A stretch of DNA of 63,017 bases, filler included, from Sphacelaria rigidula (taxonomy: Eukaryota): the NCBI GenBank assembly GCA_964200075.2. It is 6 parts of 6 records of this genome, joined end to end, with 100 filler letters (N's around TTAATTAATTAA, not from the genome) between each part and the next. Parts side by side here need not be neighbours in the genome. Positions count along the whole stretch, not along the records: positions 31,562 to 41,981 come from CAXNAA020006524.1; positions 42,082 to 52,499 come from CAXNAA020006525.1; 4 more parts are not named here. One strand, given 5' to 3'. The position numbers and the translations under genes are program-made. The notes below the pieces were generated by a model, which saw only the letters and a program-made list of their open reading frames with translations, made no database searches and was not told where the DNA came from. Position 1 is the stretch's first letter, and every line of letters starts with the position of its first letter. Positions 37,245 to 48,336 of this stretch are shown one piece after another.

Positions 37245-39065
37245 TTTTATCTTTTACCTTGAGCAACACAGCTGAAGTGCTCCACCTGTACGCCCCTGTT
37301 GTCGCCACTTCTGCCCCCTCCCTATTCCTCAGAAGAGACTACGAGGGGAGGACGAGGGAGATACCGCGTCGCTGTCGAACACCAGCAGCGAGGTGGGTAC
37401 CGTCATGCGGGTTGTCTCGCTGTCACGAGATGGCCATGGCTGTTTGTATGATGAGAGTTGACGCTTACCATACATGGATGACGGATGAAGATACTCTTGC
37501 ATGCTATCGGAATACATGAGCTTGCTCCTCCCTTTGCGCAAAGGAAAATGACAGAACGCTTTGTTTCTCAGCACGAAGAGGTGTGTTTTCCCAAATCCGA
37601 GCTCCGTAGCAAAGAAGTCTTTTCTAATCTGTGACTGCGTTCGTTTGCGTCACGGTACACATTGCGATTACAATGTAGTCAACCCGTTGTGCTCGTGCAC
37701 GTTTTCTCGAAAGTACTCTCTGAGTTTAGATCTTGCCCAGAGCATCTCAACTTTACTTCCGCTTTCTAGCGACCCAGCTGAAGCGCTCCATCCGCACACG
37801 CTCGCTGCCTCCCCATTCTCCGAAAAGACGACGAGTGGAGGACACAGGGAACACTGCGTCGCTGTCCAACACCAGCGGAGAGGTGTGTCCCGTCAAGCAA
37901 TACCCGCTTGACGGCACACCCCTCTCTGCTGGTGTTTGACAGCGACGCAGTGTCCTCTGTGTCCTCCCCTCGTCGTTTCTTGAGAGAATGGGGAGGTAAC
38001 GAGGGTGTGCGGGTGGAGCATTTCAGCTGGGTCTCTCAAAGGTTGTAGAGTCGAGATACTGTAGGCAAGATGTAAGCTGAGGGAGTGATTTGTCACGAGA
38101 TGATCATGGCTGTTTGAATGCTGGGAGTCGACGTTTGCCACACATGGATGATCGATGAAGATACTCTTGTACGTTGTCGGAGTAATTGAGCTGGCTTCTC
38201 CTTTCATGCAAGGGAAAATGACAAGTGGTTATGTTTCTCGGCACAGCGCGGTTCTTTTTCCAAATACGAGCTCCGCAGCAGAGAAGTTCTTGCTATTCCG
38301 CGACCGCGTTTGTTTGCGTCACGGTACACACGGCAGCCACGACGCAGCCAACCCGCTGTGCTCGTTCATGTTTTCTCGAAATAACTTTACGAGAGTGAAG
38401 CTTGCCTATTTTGGCTCTACTTTCACCTCCTAGCGACACGGCTGAAGTGCTATACCAGTACACCCTCGCTACCGCCGCTCCCGTCCCCTCCCCCTTCTCA
38501 AAAAAGACGACGAGGAGGGGAGACGGACTATACAGCGTCCGTCTTCGACAACAGCGGCAAGGTGTGTACTCTCGCTCGACAGTACGTACCTTGCCGCTGC
38601 TCTCCGAGACAGACGCTGTATACTGTCTCCCTTCCTCGTCGTCTCTTTTGATGATGGAGAGGGGACGGGAGGGGCGGTAGCGAGGGTGTACTTGTAGCGT
38701 ACCTCAGCCTGGTCGCTAGGAGCTGAGAGGTGAAAATGACTCTTGTAGGCAACATGTAAACTCGGCGAATGGTTGGTCACAAGATGGTGATGACAGCTTG
38801 GATGCTGGAGTTGACGATCGCCATACTTGGACGATCGACGTAGATACTCGTGCATGTTGCCGGAATCATGGAGCTTGCCTCCTGCTTGCGTGCGAAGGAT
38901 AGAACAGGAAGATTTATCTCTCGGCACGACGCTTTTTTTTCTTCCCAAATACGGGCTTCGCAGCAAAGAAACCTTTGCTATCCCGCGACTGCGTTTGTTT
39001 GCGTCACGGTACACATCGCAGCCACGATGTAGTCAACCCGCTGTGCTCGTGCGTATGTTCTCGAG
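37245..39065. repeat. Tandem array of ~670-685-bp units, each a long foldback plus spacer
   Basis: Spacer marker gtcac(g/a)agatg at 37422, 38092 and 38776; palindromes at 37714-38087 and ~38390-38765; the first unit has only the left arm. Confidence 0.9.
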
Positions 39066-40779
39066 ATCACTCTCTTTTTTTCCATCAGCCCACATCAGTC
39101 AATGTCAACAGACAAGCGATATTGTACGATTGACTATCAGGGTATTTGTACCTTTGTAGCGGGATCCACACATGCGTATGCAATCCGTGTGCACAAACAA
39201 AGCCCTCTCTGCCCCCCGCACCTTCTGCTAACATCATGCAGCGCCAGGCCCCGCGACGGGTGACGAAGCAACGACGACGCTGAGCTGCTGTAGCTACCCG
39301 AGCAGTCGTCACCGCTGTTGCAGGGTATTCCTTTTTGTCGGGCAGACAAGCCACTCGGTCCCCGTATAACACGGTCGTTTGATGAAGGCGGTCGTGCGCC
39401 TCTTGAGGCGTATCGTTGACTCTGGTGTTGGTGACTTCCGATTTGCGCAAAGACGTTATGACAGCACACACACATGGAGGACGAAGGGGGAGGAGTACAG
39501 AGGGTGCAACAAACGAACAAGCTGCAGATGTCGATCGACGTTCCGAAAATCGTGTAGTGTGGATTGTTGGCGTGGGTATATGGTGCATATGTGTTGGCGT
39601 TGCCCTTGTGACCATGTGTGTGTCTTCTTGAGCTTGTTCAAGAATACTGGGGGGCGCGGACGTGAGCGACAACGCAGCAAATCAAGAACCGAAATGCACC
39701 GTAAGACGACAAGAGGGCAATACAAAACGACCAGAAAAGACAGAAAGAGGGCGGGTGTTCATGCCTTCATGAGGGGGATTAGCAGGTACTGGTTAGCGAT
39801 AGGCGGGGAAATACGTCCTACGGGTACAGTATGTCACGGGACGTGCGGGTGACAAGGCTCTGTTTTTTGGAGCACTGTTTACTGTACGGGGTGGGGTAGA
39901 TATGTAGGCGGTGGAATCACAGAAGCACGTTGTGCCGGTATAGCTGTGTCGATACTACCGCTTCTCAAGAAATGACGTTTCAAGCCATACTTGTAGATTC
40001 CAACACAATTACCGTGTAATTTATGCGTTGTGTGTGTGCTTGCGTTTTGTAGAGGAAGGCGGGAGACGAGTGATGTGGTGTAGTGATGGATGTGAAACAG
40101 CCGTTCGAGTCTATTGCAAGTAACACGAGCCACGTCGTGCATTGCAGCACAAGAACCGTGGATTCTCGGAGGAGGGGTTTGCTGATGTACTTGATCCATT
40201 TTTGGAGGTTAGGATTTAAGTTTATGTGTATGAGGTTTATATTCTCGGATTCGTGATTGCGGTTCATTGCTTCAGTTTCTATCTTTAGTTTCAGTTTTGT
40301 ACACATTTTTTCTTCACTTTCCGTTCAATTTTTTGGCATTAGTTTGGAGGTTCGATTATTTTACGCGTTTTTTCGGTTCGAGTTTTGGAGTTTGATTATT
40401 TTGTTCATTGTTTTGGTTCATGGATTTTCGTTCCGTTATTTGTTCATCCTTCAAGTGTAGTTTTCGGTGCAGGGTTTTTCCCAGGGCAATTCTCGTTTTA
40501 TCTCAGTTTTATCTTGAGTTGTGGCGTAGTTTAGTTGTTACTCGTGACCATCAGAGTGGGTCACCTGGGTCTTGTATCCGTTTTCAAGTCAAGATGATAT
40601 CGATGCAACCGATATCCCTGACCTACCTTGACGGTCGAAGGGTCCACGAGACGACCTGGATATTACTGTACGATATGGAGGCGGTGTGTGAGTTGTTGTG
40701 AGTTGTTATGGTCATTGCCGACTGTGTATAGGCCGTGCTGTTTCCTGTACTCGAGATATGTGGTAGTCTTTTCAAGATG

Positions 40780-41710
40780 GAGCACGTGCATGTACCAAGC
40801 CAGAAGTTTCGTTTCATTGTGAACGAGCGGACACACCAAAAATCCTTGTAGTATATAGTGCGGTTTTGTCCCTCAATATTCCAATATTTTTGTTTTAGTT
40901 CGTTCAGAGCAATTGCAGGAACATATATACGGGTGCTGTTTTCCCTGCCCCACGGGTATCGTAGTCCCGTCTAGATAGAGTATGTGCATGTACGAAGCCG
41001 GAAGTTTTTCTTCATCGTGAGTAAGCAGACAAGTAAAAGATACTGTACATGGTGCTGTTTTCATCGCTTGAGGTTCTCATGTTTTTGTTTGGGTTCTGAG
41101 AGCAATTTCGACAACATGTATATTTACGGGTGTCGTTTACCTGCCCCAGAGGTGTCGCAGTCTAGTCGAGGGAGAGTGTATGCATGTTCCAAGCAGGAAA
41201 GTTTAGGAAATATGTTTTTGTTTTATTTTACCATCTGCTGGGAGCAATTTCCGGAATATTTGGGAGTTGCTGTCATCGTGAGTCGTGCCTGTTAACACAG
41301 TGAGAGTTACACGAAACGTGCATTGAAGTTTCTATGTGTTGTTCTAGGAAGGGCGAGGTGCTTGTGGAAATGAATGTGCATGATGCGATGTGCTGTGAAG
41401 TGATGGGGATGTTGATCACTGGACGGAGGGAGTACTGCGTTTTGGGAACAGGGGCGGGAGCAGTCAGGGTATATGGAGTGATGAGATTAGGGAGGAAAGG
41501 TCCACTCGGAAATATGCTGTGGAGTTCGGGGAGGTTCCATCACTGGGCGGGGGGCGGGGTTTTTTGTGCATTGAGAACAGGGGTGGGAGCGGTCAGGGTA
41601 TATGAGATGGTGTGGTTTGGGGAGAAGGGATTCTCGTGGGGATGTGCTGTAGAGTTCGGAGAGATTTGTCACTGGGGTGTACTGTGTGTTGGGAACAGGG
41701 GTGAGGATGA
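40780..41710. repeat. Imperfect direct repeats (~200-bp and ~130-bp periods)
   Basis: Recurring tgcatgtac...gaagttt units, and gggaacagggg...gtcagggtatatg units at 41440-41710. Confidence 0.6.
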
Positions 41711-41981
41711 GCTGACAAAGACAACACTTTGACACTGCAATGCAGAGAGTGAACTAAAGGCAACCACCTATCCACGACCGATCGTAAACCTCATGAATGA
41801 ACACTCTGGAGAACTCTTGATGGATGGCCCATGCATGTATGTGTTGTGCGAAGAGTCATGCTACGATCGGGAGGGAAGTAGGTTGGACTTTTTCTTTCAC
41901 GAATTCTACTTCAAAACGTCGTTGAAAGCAGCAACGAACGGTTGTTCGAACGCGCTTTTTTTTTTTTTTCTCTTCACCCTC

Positions 41982-42081
41982 NNNNNNNNNNNNNNNNNNN
42001 NNNNNNNNNNNNNNNNNNNNNNNNNTTAATTAATTAANNNNNNNNNNNNNNNNNNNNNNNNNNNNNNNNNNNNNNNNNNNN
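41982..42081. other. Artificial contig spacer
   Basis: N44-TTAATTAATTAA-N44. Confidence 0.99.
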
Positions 42082-42732
42082 AGTGAGGATGGTGTTGGCG
42101 GAGTTGCGGGGTTGCCGTATGTTCCCAATATAGGGGAAACCCTTGGGCGCATCAAGGATGCGTCCCCCCCCCCCCCCCGATCCGTTAGTGCAGTGATGCT
42201 AGTGATGTCCTCATGTGCCCACCACCTTTCTTGCCATGGATATTTTGTTTGACGTGCGTGGGCTGATAAAAAATCGTTGATATCGCTACATTTCGTGAAA
42301 TGCATTCGAGATTGCGTTGTCCTTCACTGGAAGAAACAGTCAGCACGCACAGTCGCAAAGAACGCCATGTAGTTAGTCACGGCCAAAATGAGCAAAAACG
42401 AAAAGATCGAAATTCGAACAAATAAAAACATGTTGCATAAGAATCGGCGTTACTAATACTGAACATCGTTGAGAGAACTAAACTGTCAAATTGGGGGCGG
42501 CGGCATGCGCCAGTACGTCACGTTGTTCATGTCCTGATTTTGGCTCTGTCGACATTATAACGTGGATGAAACGGGGTGATGCTTTAGGATGACTGGTCGG
42601 TATTCCCGTGATGCTTCCTGTCTCCCACGGTGATGATGGCGTCAGTCGACAACTGTGTACTGTACTGTACTGTACTGTACGATTTGTAATGTTTTTGTTG
42701 TGTTTTATATTTCCGGCAATTTCGTGTCACAG

Positions 42733-45700
42733 GCGGTAGAGAAGCTAGGGGAACGAAATTGGCGGTATGTGGCACAGATCGTGGGAACCAGAACTCACGT
42801 CCAGTGTCAGCAGAGGTGGAAGAAGGCTCTAAGGTACGCATGGGCGTCGGAGGGTTGAGGTCGCATTTCAGGATATGAAACAGTAATGGCAGGTGAACTT
42901 GCGCGCCTTGCTGCTGCTATGGCGTATCCCAGCTTTAGGTGGATGGTAGTTCGAAGTGGATGGTTTACCGCAAAACTGGTGTTGGCTGTGTTTGAGCGAT
43001 TTTGGCCGATGTTCACTTTCATTTTCAGGTGTTTTTCTTGCCACTGAAGTATTTCGTTACGATTTATATGCGTGCGTACATCTGGCGCTCAACACGGGAA
43101 GGTAGTCCAATTGCGAACACCGAGCGCAGTTTTATTCGTTTCGGAACTTTTTTTTTCGAACTCTTTTTCGCTCTCGCTCATCTGCTTCATGCCCCCCCCC
43201 CCCCACACACACACACGCACACGTTCTTGTCTCACTTGTTCCTTGCAATATCGTTCGGTACTGGTTTACATGAAAAATGTGCAGTGCATGCGTATGGTAC
43301 GCAGCGCAAGATTCAGATTGCGTTCCTCCCTGGGCCCGTGACCCCCGAAGACGTCCGTGCCAGATGGATGCGGTAACAATATGAGATATGGAGATTATTC
43401 TGCACCTTGTCTCCTTGTCTCCTTTCTATCATCAGAAAACACCTGTATCGTGAAACTGTTGTTTCATTCAGTTTTTTTGTTTTTGCTCTTGCTTTTGCTG
43501 TAGACCTGGCCTAGTAAAAGGGGCGTGGAGCGTGGAGGAAGACGAGAATCTGGTTGCACTGATTGGTCGAGGCTTTTCCAACTGGAGCGAGCTGGCGACA
43601 CACACACCTGGGCGGACGGCAAAGCAGTGCCGCGAGCGATGGTGCCATCACCTGGATCCTAGCGTCAATCATGGAAACTGGACAGCAGAGGAAGACCAAC
43701 AGCTCAAGACGCTGCAGGTATGTTTCGGAGCGAAATTTGAATTGATGTACGTGCAGACTTGGGGTCAATGACGCGTCAGCTTCTGCATGTGTTTCAGACT
43801 TGAGGTCTTGCAGCGTAAGCCACCAGTTGTCGGTAGTGAAAGCCTGCCGTTTTATCAAAGGATTATTGGTCCTCGATAGATGATGACTTTTATCTTTGTG
43901 GAGTGTGCTCAAAATCTGCCTTGAAAGTACCGAGGGGAATTTTTGTCGAATTTTTGCTTCGAGATACGTACCATGGCGCGAGATATATTCGGACGTTAAT
44001 TAGTGTCTATAGTAGGTTGGTTTTTAAAGCGTGCTAAGAATTGATGTGGCGACTTACATGTGCACTTCCTGCTATGCGCCCTACAAAACATGTTAAGAGT
44101 CCACGTGTACTCCCTGCGTTGAAGCCCCTTGTCCTTTCCTGGGGTACCTCGTGGCTGTGCTCTGTAAGTTGGGTGCGAGTGATGTTTGCCTGGATGCAAT
44201 CTCGATTGATGTTCTCATTGCGGTGAAAACCGCGGGTGTAGAGTGTCCACACGCAAAGGGTTCACACCAAGCGATGCATTCACCAGGGGAGTATACCTCC
44301 CCCGCCCGCTTTCTCTGACAAAAAAAGGTATGGATACAGGTACTAGTACGCAGTACATTTTCTCACATTGTAATTTATGGTCCAGGGTCTGATTTGCTTG
44401 TCTGCGTGCATGCTATAAAAAAGTAGACCACCAGGATTAGTATGACATATATAGCCCCCCCTCCCGTTTTTTTTCAATTCTGTGATTGATTTCGCGGGGC
44501 TTGTTTACACCAGGGTCGTCTAGGAACCAGGTGGGCGGCGATCGCGAGAGAAATGCCAGGCCGTACGGAGCATGCTGTGAAGGGCAGAGTAAAGGTAAGA
44601 ATGAGGGCTTAGAAATTTGCTGGTGCTCGTGTGTTGAACTTTTTTTCTCATGAGCACGTCTATTGATCTGAACCCATGCTTGCATTTTTCTTCTTTTCTT
44701 CTTCGGAGGCTCGTAATGGCATGTTTAGTGAATTGTCTGGGTGTGTGTTTATGAGACAAGTTTCTTCGCGTTGTTTTATCGTCATTTAGGGCGTGTCTTA
44801 GCACTTGTTTTTTCGATAAAAAAAAGTGCGGTCGATTTTCTTTCGCCGATCTCATAGGTCCACCGCATTTATGTTCGTAGAAGGCTTCAACTCAAAATTA
44901 TGATTAGCGGCGCGGGTAGAAAAACTAGCAGAGACAATAGTATTCCCTTTCGATCGAAAACATGTGGTCGAAAGGCACCAAGCGGCACTTGACTCCTATC
45001 TTACAGACCACCACGCCAGAAACACCTCTTCACAGGGCCGTGCTAACTCCATCCAACTCATTCTCTGCTACCACCGTAACCCTGCAGCATAGAGCACGGG
45101 TTGAACCCAGGGATAGATACACGACAGTAGTTGGGTGTGCTTTGTTTATTTTTTGTCGGCGAAAACTTGCGCATCTTCTCTCAGGGTAGGGGTCAGCGAC
45201 GGAACTGCGTGGTACGGCGGGCAAGCGAGTTACGTGCACGCTCATGGACTGCAGTTAGTACAAAGCTGCACGTTGCTGAAGTCCTTTTCACGTCGCATTG
45301 TAAGCAGGAGAACTGGTAGTCCTGGGTTGTCTGCACTGCACGTTGCCCGCTTCTCTTTTATATCCTCCTGTACGAAACACGCACACACGCACTCAAGATG
45401 CTGCCCTGCTTGCAAGCAGTGTAGACAGTACAGACTGCATGTTTTGTACACGAGTGACGATGTAGCGTTTCACGAATTTCGCTTGGACCCAACTCGAGAA
45501 AAATGAGCAATTTTTGCTTAAATCGATTCCACCGCCCCGATGTGTGGATCGAAAAACAAAGGCTAAGACCCGCCCTTCCCCAAAGGACACGGTTCTTCAA
45601 CCGTTGGCGTACGCTCCCATTTTTTGGGTGGGGAAATGAGCAACAAGGAGCGGCATGTTTGTGGACTAATCCACATGGCTGGCTGCGAGAGAGTACAGCA

Positions 45701-48305
45701 AACGCGTCATCAACAGGTCTTGTTGTCGTACAGGCCCTGATCGAAAGCGCCTTTTTCTAGACAATTCGTCGTGCCCCCCTCCGGGTCGTGGTTTGATTTT
45801 CTCACCGAAACTACTCGTACATATAAGGTGCTCGGGATGCTGGGTGCGACGATCAGTCAACACCTCCAGAATTGCGTGCGGTCACTTTCTATTGGACACT
45901 TGCAACCCAAGCGAATCGTGCTTGTGGTCGTGCATTCTCATTTCTTGACAACGTTGCTGTCGTCTTGCATATTTTTTTCTCGGCTCATTTTTTTTTTGTT
46001 TTTGTTCATTTGTTGTCCGTGCTTCAGACCTTAGCTCGATGCCAGCGGCAGACGGACGGAGGCGGAGCCGTAGGTGGCGACTCTGGGAAGGGTAGCGGAG
46101 CCAAGGGCTCGTCGACAGCCGCTAGGAAACGACCATCAGATCAGGTGATGGCGATGTATAAGAGGCGGAGTCAACGTTCTCTGAAAAGAGAGAAAAGAAA
46201 AGGGAAGCACGACTGGTTCACTTCATACCAAGATGAAAATGACGACTGTAAAGATATGTTTCCCTGCTGTACGGCTTATTACAGGATGCTCAAAACATGC
46301 CTGCGTCGTTGGCAATGTTAACGCGCTTCAGCGGTACAGTGGTTTGTTTTGACCAGCCGCACGAACTCGTTTTATCGTTGTAACTATGCAAACAATCTGA
46401 ACGCCTTCATGTGAGTTTAAATGCTCCCTGGGCGAAGCACATTTTTCTCGCTGCAAGTAGACCAGCGAAAAAAAACGCTTTGCCATGATGGTGTGATGGT
46501 GCCAACCGTTATTTTTTTTGTTTATTCTGTGCATGTCGATTTATCACCGGTCGCGGCAACCTCGAAACCCTCCACACCCTGGGCAATATATGGTCAACAG
46601 ATGCAACGTACCAAGAATATACGGAGTCAAGTATAGACCTATTGCGACTATTGTCGACCGATAATAGTTGCAATAGGCCCATTCTCGATCCAGTATTTTT
46701 GGGGTCCATTGCATCTGTTGACCACATGCTGTCTAGGGTGTGAAATCTTCTGCCGGTTGGGTCGTGGGTTCAAATCTCGGAGGGATCTCGGATTTTTTTC
46801 TCACATTGCTTAACAGTGGAGAGCGACCATGTCGTGGGTACACAAAATTCGACTCAACGGTCGACGAGGGGAAGGGACTGCTGAACCCCTCTCACGATTA
46901 AAAGTAAAAGGCAAGCACGGCAAAAGGAAGCTGGAGAACCAAAAACAAAAAGGAAAAAAAGAATAATCCTGTGTTGGCCGCCCTTCCTCCTGTGTGTTCC
47001 CGGCTGATGCGCCCACAAATACCGAAAGGTGTAGACCGGCGTCCAGAATAGATGAGATGACAGCACACACACACATACACACATGTCATTTTCGGCTTGA
47101 TTTTTTCTTTTCTGCGCGATCGTAGGCGAACGGTAAAAGGAAGGCCGCCGACTCGCCGAGGTCAGCGGTCTCCGCAGCACTGTCGTCGACACCAGCGTTG
47201 CCAAATTGCCCGTCTTCGGTATTACCGCCCCTGCCGGTATCGGATTGGTCCACAGAGCCGTTGTCCGCTGGGCAAGACGACAACGGTGGGCTGAAGGTAA
47301 CGTGTAAATGAAACACAAGCAGCAGCAGCAGCAGCAGCAACAACGGCAGCAGCAGCACCCTACAACTAATGTGCCCGTAGGGTTGGTCTAAATTGTTCTT
47401 GACCCTTTTGAGACAACGAGAGTAGGTCATCTGTTGAATCGGCATCAATCTCACTTGATTCAGATGGACTACCCTCGCGGTCTGAAGGTTGAAGAACTTG
47501 TTCCTAGAGACGAGAACCGAAAAAAATATTCGCATTTTACAAGTCGGCGTTTTTGTCGTACAAGTCACTTTCTGGTGCGCGAGTCCATATCGGGGCCAAT
47601 GCAACCGTCTACATTTTCACTTGATTTCAGTATTAGAGTATTTTGTACAGTAGTGAAAATGCACAAGTCGTATGATACGACTAGCCTTTTTTTGCCGGCA
47701 CCGATATTACATGTTTTTTTTAATCGATTAATGGTCCGTGCTATGGTATGTGTTGAAATCTATTCGTTGTTTTGTATATGCAGTGTACATTAGTGAGTTT
47801 TTTTTCACCATCCGATATGTTTTCGTGTACTGTAATGACCCATTATTTCTCCGCTTGCATGATACCGCGCTAACCCTTGCGATTGCAATCGACCTTCAAT
47901 ACAAAGGTTGTAGTCATTATTGAATCTGGTGTAGAAAATACTATTCGCAAACAATTCACGAACGGCTAAGACAGGTGAGTTAAGGGAGCTTGGCTTTGTT
48001 TCGGACGACAATGTAGCTGCCATTACTTCTGCAACGCTTGTTGTTAAAAAGAGCTCGTGTCTGTGTTCGGCGCGTTTGGATCTACTTGGATCAACTTGGT
48101 TCAACAGACAGCGGCGGAACTTGGAGTCTCCGAATCGGAGCTGACGCGCCTTTTCCCCCAAGTTCCTCAACAAAGTTCGGTGGACGGTAGTCTAGTGTGG
48201 GCTTCGAACGCGACCGCTGGCCTGTCCAGGGATCTCAACAACGAACGGCGGCAGCAGTTCCTGGAGCAGCACATGCATCTCATACAGCAGCAGCAGCAAC
48301 AACAA

Positions 48306-48336
<31 letters not shown>

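Noticed and set aside
39085-39852. Overlapping 127-195-aa ORFs as genes
   Set aside because: No recognisable domain or splice structure; compatible with chance ORFs.
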